Shown here: positions 1 through 10,216 of the stretch, piece after piece
Layout of the letters: each line of letters opens with the position of its first letter
Numbering within the stretch: position 1 is the first letter of the stretch
Assembly: GCA_951812955.1 (NCBI GenBank)
Contig: OX638340.1
Span: 1,856,001 to 1,920,000, forward strand
DNA length: 64,000 nt
Direction of reading: 5' to 3'
From: an uncultured Gemmatimonadota bacterium
Lineage (GTDB): Bacteria > JAAXHH01
The notes under the pieces: model-generated
Databases searched by the model: none
Told to the model about the DNA's origin: nothing
The model's input: the letters and a program-made list of their open reading frames with translations, nothing else
Position numbers and translations under genes: made by a program

Positions 1-2142
1 CCCGAGATCGAGCTCGTTGTCCGGTTGAGAGGTACAGAATCCGCGTGGCTGGTCGATCTCGGCAACACAATCTACTATGAACGCAAAGTCATCTGGGCGG
101 GATCGGACCTGTTCAGGATGTTCAGTTTTCCACTGGTCGCGGGCGACCCGGGCACCGCGCTGGCAGAACCGTATTCGATGGTGATCACCGAGGAATTGGC
201 AGACAAGTATTTCGGCGCCGAAGAAGCCATTGGCAAAGCAGTCAATCTCGACAATCGCTGGGACTTCACGGTGACGGGCGTCATGAAGAACATTCCTACC
301 AATTCTCACATGCGTCCAGACATGTTCGTATCCTATAGCACAATGATTGCGATACAGGCCTCCTGGGACCTGGAAGACTGGGAGTACCACCGAAACCTGT
401 ACACCTACATCCGGCTCCGCGAGCATGTGTCACCGGATGATCTGGAAGCGAAATTGCCGGCATTTCTGGAACGTCACGCGGGTGACCAGTACCGGGAGGC
501 GGGCATCAGCCTGCGGCCGTCGCTCCAGCCCCTGGTGGACATCCACCTCTATTCTAACCGGGAGAGTGAGCACGAACCCAACGGCGATATCCGGTACGTG
601 GCCCTCTTCATGGCCATCGCGTTCCTGATCCTTATTATCGCATGCATCAATTTCATCAACCTGGCCACGGCCCGTTCCGAGATGCGCGCCAGGGAAGTCG
701 GTGTGAGAAAGGTACTGGGCGCGAATCGGATCCAGTTGATCCGCCAGTTCCTGGGAGAATCGGTCCTCATGGCAGGTCTCGCCGCGATCGTTGCGGTAAT
801 ACTGGTCCATCTCGCCTTGCCTGCCGTGAACGATATCGCGGGGAAACAACTCGCGCTGCCGCTTGCTGACTGGACCGTGCTGGCCGCGCTGGCCCTCGGT
901 ACGACCTTGATCGGATTAACCGCCGGCAGTTATCCCGCGGCATACCTGTCGGGATTTCTTCCCGCCGTAGTAATGAAAGGCAACCCGGAGACGGGAAAGA
1001 AAGGCCTGGGGATGCGGCAGGCACTGGTGGTGATACAGTTCTCCATGTCCATCTTCCTGCTGGTCAGTACGGCCATCATCCATGATCAGCTCGATTACAT
1101 CCAGACCAAGCGGCTGGGTTTCAACAAAGAGCACGTTATGGTCGTCCCCATAACAGGTTCCCCGCAACTGCCAAATACGCCTGTCCTGAAGCAGCGCCTG
1201 TCGGAATTGCCCGGTGTCGTGGGTATCGCAACGACCACCGGCGTGCCAGGCATGCGGGTTATGCCTATCCTGGAGGTACGTCCCGAAGGAATGCGGCCTG
1301 AGGATCACCTGATGATGGCCACGCTGCACGTGGACGAGCACTTCCTGGACGTCATGAACATCGATCTCGTCGCTGGCCGGAACTTTTCATCGGACTGGGG
1401 TACGGATACGACCAGGGGGATCCTGATGAACGAGACGGCCGTCCGGTACCTGGACTGGGGAGCGCCCGACGACGCCATCGGCAGGCAAATCGAGCGGCTC
1501 AACTACAACAGGACGAAAGGCCGTGTGATCGGCGTGGTTCGGGATTTCCACCTGCGGACCATACACGAAGAGATCGAACCCGCATTGATCATGACCAGCA
1601 CCTATCACATTTTCGTCCTGATTCGAATCCAGCCCGAGGGAATCTCTGACACCATTGCACACATCGAGGAAATATGGAGGGATGTGGATCCCAGGTTTCC
1701 GCTGGATTATACCTTCCTGGACGAGGATTTCGACGCGCTGTACCGGACCGACCAGCAGCTTGGCGAGATCTTCGCGGTCTTCGCGTTTCTCGCGATCTTC
1801 GTGGCCTGCCTTGGACTCCTGGGTCTGGCTTCCTTTTCCATCCAGCAACGCACCCGCGAGATCGGAATCCGCAAAGTAGTCGGTTCATCGGTTTCCAGTA
1901 TCGTGTTGCTCCTGTCGAAGGATTTTATGAAGTACGTGCTCCTGGCGAACCTGATCGCCTGGCCGCTGACCTACTTCGTCATGAACAACTGGCTGCAGAA
2001 CTACGCCTACGCCGCGGAACTTCGATTCGAGTGGTTTATGGCCGGCGGTGTTTTTGCCCTGGTCATTGCCTGGTTGACGATCGGTGCGCATGCCCTCGCT
2101 GCGTCGCGTAGGAATCCGGTGAACGCGTTGCGGCAGGGGTGA
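1..2142 (+). CDS. Duplicated-FtsX ABC-type permease (MacB/ADOP-like), 5' end cut by window edge
   Basis: Frame 1 is open from base 1. PEIELVVRLRGTES aligns with PEIELFARVRGTTS about 85 aa into the 801-aa paralog at 20017-22422, so the TTG at 25 is not the start. Two FtsX modules are present: ACINFINLATARSEMRAREVGVRKVLGA and FSIQQRTREIGIRKVVG. Confidence 0.9.
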   Translation, partial: PEIELVVRLRGTESAWLVDLGNTIYYERKVIWAGSDLFRMFSFPLVAGDPGTALAEPYSMVITEELADKYFGAEEAIGKAVNLDNRWDFTVTGVMKNIPTNSHMRPDMFVSYSTMIAIQASWDLEDWEYHRNLYTYIRLREHVSPDDLEAKLPAFLERHAGDQYREAGISLRPSLQPLVDIHLYSNRESEHEPNGDIRYVALFMAIAFLILIIACINFINLATARSEMRAREVGVRKVLGANRIQLIRQFLGESVLMAGLAAIVAVILVHLALPAVNDIAGKQLALPLADWTVLAALALGTTLIGLTAGSYPAAYLSGFLPAVVMKGNPETGKKGLGMRQALVVIQFSMSIFLLVSTAIIHDQLDYIQTKRLGFNKEHVMVVPITGSPQLPNTPVLKQRLSELPGVVGIATTTGVPGMRVMPILEVRPEGMRPEDHLMMATLHVDEHFLDVMNIDLVAGRNFSSDWGTDTTRGILMNETAVRYLDWGAPDDAIGRQIERLNYNRTKGRVIGVVRDFHLRTIHEEIEPALIMTSTYHIFVLIRIQPEGISDTIAHIEEIWRDVDPRFPLDYTFLDEDFDALYRTDQQLGEIFAVFAFLAIFVACLGLLGLASFSIQQRTREIGIRKVVGSSVSSIVLLLSKDFMKYVLLANLIAWPLTYFVMNNWLQNYAYAAELRFEWFMAGGVFALVIAWLTIGAHALAASRRNPVNALRQG

Positions 2143-2184
2143 TTTCGAGGTTGGAGGATTAAACGGCTGGAGATCGATTGGGAA

Positions 2185-2535
2185 ATGTCCGATTACCAGA
2201 ACGCGAAACTGATCGTCTTATCCATCCTGGAGATTTCAAAGGACGCGATCCACATTCATATAGGATTGATCGTGTTTTTTGCAGCGGTGGTCCTATGGAA
2301 AAAAGGCTCGGTTGAAGGTCGTTGTCTGATCCCGGTCGTAATTGTTGCATCCTTGATGGAAATGCTCGATCTACGAGATCTCTATATCCAATCTGGCTCT
2401 TTACACATCGCTGCCCTTACAGCAAGTGTACACGATTTACTCAATACATTATTCTGGCCGGTGGTCATCGTAGCACTTGCCTGGATGAGTAATCTGAATG
2501 ATCACCGTACAGGCAGGAAACGCTTTGGAGCATAG
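2185..2535 (+). CDS. Hypothetical small membrane protein
   Basis: 116-aa ORF with three hydrophobic stretches (IHIGLIVFFAAVVLW, LIPVVIVASLMEML, LFWPVVIVALAWM). No family recognised. Locally AT-richer than the flanks. Confidence 0.4.
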   Translation: MSDYQNAKLIVLSILEISKDAIHIHIGLIVFFAAVVLWKKGSVEGRCLIPVVIVASLMEMLDLRDLYIQSGSLHIAALTASVHDLLNTLFWPVVIVALAWMSNLNDHRTGRKRFGA

Positions 2536-2700
2536 TTGTGGATTGGGTACGTGATTTCTATTCCAGGCAACACATCGCGCTTGCTCATGCGTAGTTCGTC
2601 TCAAAAAGGGCACGCAATCCAGTCATTGAGCATGTAGTGCATCCGCTCAGTATCCAAAGTAAGTCCTTCCCACCACGATTACCCCCAATCAAAGGCGCAA

Positions 2701-5106
2701 ATGGTTTTCCATTACCTCAGAATCGCCCTACGTAACATGATCCGGCAGCCTGGCTACGCCGGCATCAACATCCTCGGACTGGCGATCGGCATCACCTGCT
2801 GTATGCTGATTTTGCTGTATATCCGGAACGAACTGAGCTACGACCGTTTCCATGATCATGCCGATCGGATCTACCGTGTAGTAAACGGCAATTCCGCCCG
2901 CACGCCACCCGCAGTGGGACCGGCGTTCAAAGAACTGTTCCTGGAGGTAGAGGAATATGCCCGGATGCGGGGCACAGCCAATATCTGGATGATGGCCTAT
3001 GGGGACAATGCCTTCTTTGAAAGCGATGTCTTCAGGGCAAGCAGAGGCGTTTTCAAGGTCTTTTCTTTTCCGCTTGTACGGGGAAATCCACAAACCGCAC
3101 TGGACGACTATGCGCATCCGGAACAAACTGTCGTCATCAGCGAAACTATGGCGACTAAACTCTTCGGTGACGAAAATCCCATGGGCAAGCTGATCCGCGC
3201 GGACGATGAGGAAGACCTTCGTGTGACCGGTGTGATGAAAGCTGTGCCGTCCAATTCCCACTTCGCCGTCGAATATCTGGTTTGTGAGCGTCTCGATGTT
3301 GGAAATCTCAGCGAGCGTTACGCAACGAACTGGTTTGCTGCGGTGCATTTCACCTACGTTCTGCTGTCAGAGGGAACAGACCCCAGTGAATTGGAGAATA
3401 AAATCGCCAGATGGGCAGATACCTTTGAACCGCTGATGCGGCTCAAGGCGCGAGGCCTGCCCTTCACTCCCCGGCTACAGCCAATGACCGACATCCATCT
3501 GCGGTCGCACCTGGAAGAGGATATGGCAAGCAACAGCGATATCAGCTACATCTACATCTTTTCGGTCGTAGCGTTTTTTGTCGTTCTGATCGCCTGTATC
3601 AACTTCATGAATCTGGCCACGGCGCGGGCTACCATCCGGGCTAGAGAAGTGGCCATTCGGAAAACAACAGGCGCTTCGCGGACCGAGTTGATCATACAAT
3701 ACATGGGCGAGTCCATGATGTCGGCCGGGTTGGCCTTTGTAGTTGCCATGGCCCTCTTTATCGCCATCCTGCCCTGGTTCAATACGCTGGTGGGAAAGGC
3801 GTTTCAGATCAGTTACCTTGACAGTCCGGAGATGTTGCTCTGGATGATGGGCATAACGTTGTTTGTGGGACTGTTGTCCGGCAGTTATCCTGCGCTGTTT
3901 ATATCCAGGATTCATCCGGCAGGGATTTTCAGGGGTGAATTGACAAGCGGAACCACGGGTTCCACACTGCGCAAGAGCCTTGTGGTGGCGCAGTTCACGC
4001 TATCGATTCTGCTGATTATCAGTACGGCTATTGTGTATCAACAGCTGGATCACATGCAAAGTAAACAACTGGGATTCGATAAGGACCAGGTCGTGGTAAT
4101 CCCACTTATCGGAGGTGTGGAGCGGGATTTCAATGCCTTCAAGGCCCGGCTTTCCCAGAGTCCACATATTCAGCGTGTTACTCGATCTGTATTGATGCCG
4201 GGACGTATGGCCAGTTCCGTTCAAATGCCCGCCTTTGCAACACGTCTGGCAGATCAGCCTGAAGAGAAAATGGTCAGGATTCCCGCCCTGTTTGTTTCTG
4301 CCGATTTCGAAGAAACCCTTGGTCTCAGATTGCTTTCCGGACGTCCATTTTCCAGCGAACTGAACGATGATTCGAACAACGCGGTGATCCTTAACCGGGC
4401 CGCGGTTGAACGATTGGGGCTGACCACACCGGAGGAAGTCGCAGGACTTCATATACGTTACATAGGGAGCTCTCCAATCAGGATCATAGGCGTCGTAGAG
4501 GATTTCCATATGCAGAGCGTTCATAGTGCGGCAGGGCCGGTACAGCTGAGGTTCATGAACCGCGGTGGCGGCGGCCAGGCGGCGATACGATTACAGGCGC
4601 AGAATATACCGGATGGGATTGATGCGATTGAAGACACATGGGCTTCGATATTCCCCGACTACCCGTTAGCGTATTCGTTTCTGGATGAAGATTTCGAGCG
4701 ATTGTACGTGTCGGAACGACAGACCGGCAATCTGCTCGGGGCATTCAGCTTTCTAGCCATCTTCATTGCGTGTCTGGGCCTGTTCGGCCTTGCTGCGTTC
4801 ACCACCCGTCAGCAAACCAAAGAGGTCGGTATTCACAAAGTAATGGGGGCTTCGGTGACTCGTATCGTCTTTATGCTTTCAAAGGATTTTCTCAAGCTGG
4901 TAGCGATTGCCGTACCGGTCGCCTGGGTCCTGGCTTACTGGGCCATGAGCAACTGGCTGCAGAACTTCGCGTATCGGGTCGATATCGGCCCCGCGTGGTT
5001 CCTGATCGCCGCTTTCCTGGCACTGGCCATCGCACTGGCTACAGTCAGTTTCAAGGCGGTAACGACTGCGTTGACGAACCCGGTGGAGAGCCTGCGGTCA
5101 GAATAG
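2701..5106 (+). CDS. Duplicated-FtsX ABC-type permease (MacB/ADOP-like)
   Basis: 801 aa. N-terminal TM (INILGLAIGITCCMLILLYI), two periplasmic domains and two FtsX modules (ACINFMNLATARATIRAREVAIRKTTGA; FTTRQQTKEVGIHKVMGA). Same architecture as 1-2142 and 20017-22422 but more divergent. Confidence 0.9.
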   Translation: MVFHYLRIALRNMIRQPGYAGINILGLAIGITCCMLILLYIRNELSYDRFHDHADRIYRVVNGNSARTPPAVGPAFKELFLEVEEYARMRGTANIWMMAYGDNAFFESDVFRASRGVFKVFSFPLVRGNPQTALDDYAHPEQTVVISETMATKLFGDENPMGKLIRADDEEDLRVTGVMKAVPSNSHFAVEYLVCERLDVGNLSERYATNWFAAVHFTYVLLSEGTDPSELENKIARWADTFEPLMRLKARGLPFTPRLQPMTDIHLRSHLEEDMASNSDISYIYIFSVVAFFVVLIACINFMNLATARATIRAREVAIRKTTGASRTELIIQYMGESMMSAGLAFVVAMALFIAILPWFNTLVGKAFQISYLDSPEMLLWMMGITLFVGLLSGSYPALFISRIHPAGIFRGELTSGTTGSTLRKSLVVAQFTLSILLIISTAIVYQQLDHMQSKQLGFDKDQVVVIPLIGGVERDFNAFKARLSQSPHIQRVTRSVLMPGRMASSVQMPAFATRLADQPEEKMVRIPALFVSADFEETLGLRLLSGRPFSSELNDDSNNAVILNRAAVERLGLTTPEEVAGLHIRYIGSSPIRIIGVVEDFHMQSVHSAAGPVQLRFMNRGGGGQAAIRLQAQNIPDGIDAIEDTWASIFPDYPLAYSFLDEDFERLYVSERQTGNLLGAFSFLAIFIACLGLFGLAAFTTRQQTKEVGIHKVMGASVTRIVFMLSKDFLKLVAIAVPVAWVLAYWAMSNWLQNFAYRVDIGPAWFLIAAFLALAIALATVSFKAVTTALTNPVESLRSE

Positions 5107-5136
5107 GGAAGGTAGTCTGACAAGGCGGCCTGATAG

Positions 5137-6003
5137 ATGAACATTACTTTTCTCGGAACAGCGGCCGCGCCATCGATGCCGATCCCTTTCTGCGTCTGCG
5201 AGGTCTGTTCGGAAGCCAGAAGGGTTGGCGGCAAGAACCTCCGCCGGAGATCGTCGTTGGTAATCAACGATGATCTGCTGGTGGACATCGGTCCGGACAT
5301 CGCGGCCGCGTCATTCCAACAACAAATCTCGCTCGCCGGCATCGGCATATGCCTTCAAACGCACCCGCACGCGGACCATCTGGATATAGGATTTCTCCTC
5401 TCTAGACATACCGAATACGGGACGGAAGTCTCCGGCGACCTGTTGCTTGCTGGCTCAGATGAAACACTGCGCGTGATCGATGATTTTGTGAGTAAACAAA
5501 GTGCGTACGGGAGCATTTTCGATTCGGAAACACAGTCTGCGTTGAAGTTGAAACTTCTATCCCTTACGCCTTTTGAAGCATACAGTATAGATGGATACCA
5601 CATTACCGGATTTCCCGCCAGTCACGGCAACGATCAGGGGTTTCTACTATATTCAATTGTGCAGGGAGACCACGCCGTGTTCTATGGCACCGACACGTCG
5701 GTGCTGTCCGAAGAGGTCTGGGAACACCTTCAGCAGGAACGCACCATGTTTGACGTGGTCATACTCGATCACACCTACGGAATCGGTTTTGAATCCAGGC
5801 CGGCGGACCATCTGGCGTCGAAGGATGTTGCCGCCCACACGGATCGATTCCGCGAATGCGGATTGCTTAAGGACAACGGCTTGGTGTACGCGACTCACCT
5901 GTCTCATGAAGGGAACCTGGTGCACGATGAGTTGGATGAATACGCCAGGAATTTCGGCTATCGAGTGGCCTATGACGGGTTAAGTTTGAAGCTGGATGAC
6001 TGA
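5137..6003 (+). CDS. MBL-fold metallo-hydrolase, PhnP/PqqB-like
   Basis: HxHxDH motif (THPHADHLD). N-terminal CxCxxC (PFCVCEVCSEARR) resembles the PhnP-type structural Zn site. Lies 30 nt after the upstream permease. Confidence 0.8.
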   Translation: MNITFLGTAAAPSMPIPFCVCEVCSEARRVGGKNLRRRSSLVINDDLLVDIGPDIAAASFQQQISLAGIGICLQTHPHADHLDIGFLLSRHTEYGTEVSGDLLLAGSDETLRVIDDFVSKQSAYGSIFDSETQSALKLKLLSLTPFEAYSIDGYHITGFPASHGNDQGFLLYSIVQGDHAVFYGTDTSVLSEEVWEHLQQERTMFDVVILDHTYGIGFESRPADHLASKDVAAHTDRFRECGLLKDNGLVYATHLSHEGNLVHDELDEYARNFGYRVAYDGLSLKLDD

Positions 6004-6078
6004 GTATCGCGCATCTGCGTTGTTCGCGTAACAACCCGGATAACAAATCGTTACTACCTATGGAAAAGACGATTTGAC

Positions 6079-7086
6079 GTGGAATTGGATATGGTATTCG
6101 AGTTGCCGAACCCCGAGTGGCTAAACCGCCAGTATGGTATCTGCTGGGACGGGCAGTACTGCGACATGAGCGGCAACTTTGCCCGTGTAGCCCGGATCGA
6201 GTCGAAGGATGACGGCAAATCGCTCGTCCTACGGATCTCCGACCCCGGTCGCATATCAAAAGAACGGCTGAAACGGGTACACTTGTACCAGACCCACGTG
6301 AATACGCAGGGTGTACGGACGGTCCTTCCGCTGAAGACCCTGGAAGGTGACACCGTTTCCACGACGGTACAGGGAATGACTATGGAGGTCTTTCCATTCA
6401 TCAAGGGGAGATCGCCCCAAAGAGGCAATTCCACGGACATTCGTCGGGTCGGTTGCGAATTAGGCAGACTGCACAGTGCCGGAACCGATTTCTCGCAACT
6501 GTACGACGAGGAAAGTCTGTTTCAAAACCATCTCGCAGTCAACCAGTTGATGGAAGAAGTCCGGGAGAAACGAGAGTCAACCAAGGATAAGATTTTTCAT
6601 GAACAGTTCATCGAGTACGTTGAGGAGACGGAACGCTGGATTGAAGCGATCGAAAGCCGGCGCAGCGGACTGGTTGAAACGGGTCTTCATATGGACACCG
6701 GCCCACAGAACATGATCATCGACAGTGAAGATGAACTCTGGTTTATTGACTGTGCCCATATGGTTAGAGGAAGGCGTGTGTTCGAGATATGCGTTACCCT
6801 GTACTACCTCGACCCCAGTTCTGGTAAACAGTTAGGTGAACCGGCCAGGTATCAACTCGCTGTTGAAAGCGTGGAAGCCGCCTTTCTGGATGGATACACG
6901 GATAACTGCGAACCTCCGTGGAGCGACCAGGAATCGGTGGCACTTGGGATCGAACGCATGCTTATGTTCATCCACGGAGTTACCTACTGGACGGAACGGT
7001 GGGATGAAGATACGGTCCTGAAAGAGTATGGCCGATGGAAAGAGTACCATACCGCCATGAGAGCAGAACTCAATCACATCGTGTAA
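6079..7086 (+). CDS. Phosphotransferase-family kinase (APH/choline-kinase fold)
   Basis: Brenner-type catalytic loop HMDTGPQNMII followed by a metal-binding FIDCAHM segment. About 330 aa, typical of APH/ChoK enzymes. The start could be the ATG at 6091. Confidence 0.7.
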   Translation: MELDMVFELPNPEWLNRQYGICWDGQYCDMSGNFARVARIESKDDGKSLVLRISDPGRISKERLKRVHLYQTHVNTQGVRTVLPLKTLEGDTVSTTVQGMTMEVFPFIKGRSPQRGNSTDIRRVGCELGRLHSAGTDFSQLYDEESLFQNHLAVNQLMEEVREKRESTKDKIFHEQFIEYVEETERWIEAIESRRSGLVETGLHMDTGPQNMIIDSEDELWFIDCAHMVRGRRVFEICVTLYYLDPSSGKQLGEPARYQLAVESVEAAFLDGYTDNCEPPWSDQESVALGIERMLMFIHGVTYWTERWDEDTVLKEYGRWKEYHTAMRAELNHIV

Positions 7087-7148
7087 TACGATTGGAAGAT
7101 CGATACGATGCAGGCAGGATTCACGCCGTGCGATAGAGAAACAACATT

Positions 7149-8054
7149 ATGACACCCATCAATCCAGACTACGTCCGACTGGTGACATCCGATATCGGCA
7201 ACTTCTGGCGGGCATACGACCTGTCGGAAGGCAAAACTACAGAAGAAAAGATCGAAATCTACAATACGGAATACCTGGCTAGAGGTAGCATTGGTCTCCG
7301 GGATTTTGTAGATGCCAGAATCAAGAGCGCCGAAGAGTTGGTCAAGGCTGTTGAGACTATGCCGAAGTTCTATGCTTCTATCAGAGAAAGTTCGAATCGG
7401 GTTCTGGAGATGACAGATCGAATTCGAAGCTATATGCACAACTTCAAGGCCCTTTATGACGATGCGATATTCCCGGACGTGTACTTTCTGATTGGTAGAA
7501 TGAACAGTGGCGGAACAACCTCGCAGAACGGTCTGCTCATAGGGACTGAGATACTATGTCGAACAGACGATACACCCGAAGACGAACTTCCACAGGTGTA
7601 TCGGAAACTTATCAAACCAATAAACTACCTGCCCTATGTGGTTATTCACGAACTCATACATCCCCAGCAGAAGTACAATTTCGAAGGCAACAAGCTCCTG
7701 GGGGGTTCCATAATGGAAGGAGCGGCCGATTTTCTCGGAGAACTTGCCAGCGGAGGACTATTGAACGAGCATCAGCACGAATATGGACGAGTTCACGAAA
7801 CCGAGCTATGGGAAGCGTTTTCTGAAGATATGCTTCAGGATGATTGGAGAAAATGGTTCTATAACTACTCTGATAATACAGGCGATAGGCCTCCCGATAT
7901 GGGATATTACATAGGCTACAAAATATGTGAATCATACTACGAGAAGATGGACGACAAACGGCAGGCCATACGAGACATCCTGGCTGTCAAGGATGCAACA
8001 GACGCACTTCGATTCCTGACAGAAAGTGGATACGGTAAATCGGGCCATCCATGA
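7149..8054 (+). CDS. Putative Zn-dependent protease (DUF2268-like)
   Basis: HExxH motif (VVIHELIHPQQ). About 300 aa and the overall pattern resembles DUF2268 predicted metalloproteases. Confidence 0.6.
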   Translation: MTPINPDYVRLVTSDIGNFWRAYDLSEGKTTEEKIEIYNTEYLARGSIGLRDFVDARIKSAEELVKAVETMPKFYASIRESSNRVLEMTDRIRSYMHNFKALYDDAIFPDVYFLIGRMNSGGTTSQNGLLIGTEILCRTDDTPEDELPQVYRKLIKPINYLPYVVIHELIHPQQKYNFEGNKLLGGSIMEGAADFLGELASGGLLNEHQHEYGRVHETELWEAFSEDMLQDDWRKWFYNYSDNTGDRPPDMGYYIGYKICESYYEKMDDKRQAIRDILAVKDATDALRFLTESGYGKSGHP

Positions 8055-8072
8055 CTTCGACTTGCTCCTTGT

Positions 8073-9215
8073 TTGGCAATGAACGTGCTGCGGAATTGGA
8101 AAGGCAACATGAAATTAAAGTCCAATGAGTCTCTCGATCACCTGGTTCTGCAGCTGGAAGAACAGATCCCTCAGATTATGAGGGAAGCCAACGTTCCTGG
8201 TCTCTCGATCGCGTTGATACAGAATGTGGAAGCGGTTTGGACACATGGCTTCGGCGTAATGAACACGGAAACGCGTCAACCCGTGAAACCGGAAACCATA
8301 TTCGAAGGCTGTTCATTGAGCAAACCGATTTTCGCATATGCCGTGCTTAACCTCTGCGAGACGGGGATTCTGGACTTGGACAAGCCATTGTCCCATTACA
8401 GTCCTGATCCTTATGCGGCCGATGACCCCAGAGTTCAGATGATTACCATGCGACAAGCTCTTGCCCATACTTCCGGTTTACCAAACTGGCGCCCTGACTG
8501 CTGGGATTCAGAAGGATGGAATCCTGAAGGCAAACCTTTGCAAACCTATTTTGAACCCGGCGAACGTTTCAGCTATTCCGGTGAAGGATACATGTACGTG
8601 CAGCATGTGGTTGAGCATATTGCGGGTCAATCCGGCGAGTCTTATATGCAAAACGAGTTGTTCAATCCGGCGGGAATGGAGTTCAGCACGTATCTATGTA
8701 CATCGGATCAAGCCCCTGGTATGGCAACCGGGCATGATGAACACGGGCAACCGGTTAAAAAACAGATGTACAGGTCCATGTGTTCGGCCGCTAGCCTCCA
8801 TTCGACACCTTCGGACGTAGCTAAGATCTTGTGCGCCTGTATGCGACCCCGAACTGGTGCTTCCTGGCACATCAATGCCGAATTGGCGAAGGAAATGGCC
8901 ACCGCCCAGGTCCCGGTAAACGATTCTGCTTCGTGGCATGACAATTGGCCGGATGTCCCGGTAAAGGATGATCCCTTTGTTTCGTGGGGACTCGGTTGGG
9001 CTACTCAATACCATAATGGGCTAAAAGCTATCTGGCATTGGGGAGACAACGGTCCCTTCAAGGCATTTGCATTAGGGTATCCTGAAGAGGGAACAGGTTT
9101 AGTGGCCATGGCCAACGGATCAAATGGTTACAAGCTCTGGTCCGCGTTGTGCAGCATGGCATTGGGCGGAGAGTATCCCTGTATCGACTGGTTGGACCGG
9201 GTGGTGTATAGCTGA
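8073..9215 (+). CDS. Serine hydrolase, beta-lactamase/transpeptidase fold (class C-like/esterase)
   Basis: SxxK nucleophile motif (CSLSKPIF), YSG(E) second motif and WHWGDNG third motif. 380 aa. Start uncertain (alternatives at 8079 and 8109). Confidence 0.8.
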   Translation: MAMNVLRNWKGNMKLKSNESLDHLVLQLEEQIPQIMREANVPGLSIALIQNVEAVWTHGFGVMNTETRQPVKPETIFEGCSLSKPIFAYAVLNLCETGILDLDKPLSHYSPDPYAADDPRVQMITMRQALAHTSGLPNWRPDCWDSEGWNPEGKPLQTYFEPGERFSYSGEGYMYVQHVVEHIAGQSGESYMQNELFNPAGMEFSTYLCTSDQAPGMATGHDEHGQPVKKQMYRSMCSAASLHSTPSDVAKILCACMRPRTGASWHINAELAKEMATAQVPVNDSASWHDNWPDVPVKDDPFVSWGLGWATQYHNGLKAIWHWGDNGPFKAFALGYPEEGTGLVAMANGSNGYKLWSALCSMALGGEYPCIDWLDRVVYS

Positions 9216-9322
9216 TTGCGGGATACTAGTTCGAGACATTGAAGCCTCCGTTTTTGAGCGTAGTGAATTATGCCGTGCTGTAAAGTGGTCTCCAAATACT
9301 GCCTAAATTCAAAGTTGAAACA

Positions 9323-10087
9323 ATGGAAGAATCCCCTGATCGTCCAGTCGCGCTGGTTACAGGCGTGAGCCGAAAAATAGGCATCGGTGCAGCAATCTCT
9401 CTGGCCTTAGCCAAAACAGGTTGGGACGTGGCCACTTCTTACTGGCAACCGTACGATGCTTCCATGCCATGGGGTAGCGACGATACCGAAGCCGGAAAAA
9501 TCACTGATCAGATCCGTGGCTTCTCCGCAAGGACGGTTTCCATTGAAGCCGACCTTTCAGACACCGCGTCACCGAAGCGTATTTTTGATCGTATCGAAAG
9601 TTCACTTGGATCAGTAACCGCTCTAGTTATGGCTCATTGTCATTCGGTAGACAGCAGCATTAAGTCCACCACAATCGAGAGTTTCGATTTGCATTTTACT
9701 GTAAACGCTCGAGCTACATGGCTGCTGATCCGGGAGTTCGGGAGACGTTACCGAAATGAATATGGGCGGGGCCGTGTTATCTCGATAACCAGCGATCATA
9801 CTACGCACAACTTGCCTTACGGGGCCAGCAAAGGAGCCATGGATCGGATCGTCCTCGCGGCAGCGCAGGAATTCAGGGAACTGGGAGTCACGGCAAATGT
9901 TATCAATCCGGGTGGAACAGACACGGGTTGGATGTCGGATGATCTGAAGGAACGCGTACAAAGTGAGACACCGTTGGGCCGAATCGGCTTGCCTGCAGAC
10001 TGTGCCTGTCTTGTCAGTTTCCTCTGTTCCGAAGAGGGTGAATGGATCAACGGCCAGTTAATTTACAGCAATGGCGGTGTTCGGTAA
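9323..10087 (+). CDS. SDR-family oxidoreductase
   Basis: Rossmann motif TGVSRKIGIGAAI and catalytic YGASKGA (YxxxK). 254 aa. Confidence 0.85.
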   Translation: MEESPDRPVALVTGVSRKIGIGAAISLALAKTGWDVATSYWQPYDASMPWGSDDTEAGKITDQIRGFSARTVSIEADLSDTASPKRIFDRIESSLGSVTALVMAHCHSVDSSIKSTTIESFDLHFTVNARATWLLIREFGRRYRNEYGRGRVISITSDHTTHNLPYGASKGAMDRIVLAAAQEFRELGVTANVINPGGTDTGWMSDDLKERVQSETPLGRIGLPADCACLVSFLCSEEGEWINGQLIYSNGGVR

Positions 10088-10216
10088 GGATATGGTCGTT
10101 GAAACAAGCGGCACATGCATTCCGCTTAACAGAAGGGTTTGCGTGGCGGAGATTCACTCTGGGCTCGCAATGCACGAGTTTCCGTAAGAATAAGATCAGT
10201 CCGAGAGGCCCAATGT

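Noticed and set aside
25-2142. TTG at base 25 as the start of the first permease
   Set aside because: The frame is open from base 1, and residues before base 25 align with the paralog at 20017-22422. The gene is therefore truncated by the window edge.
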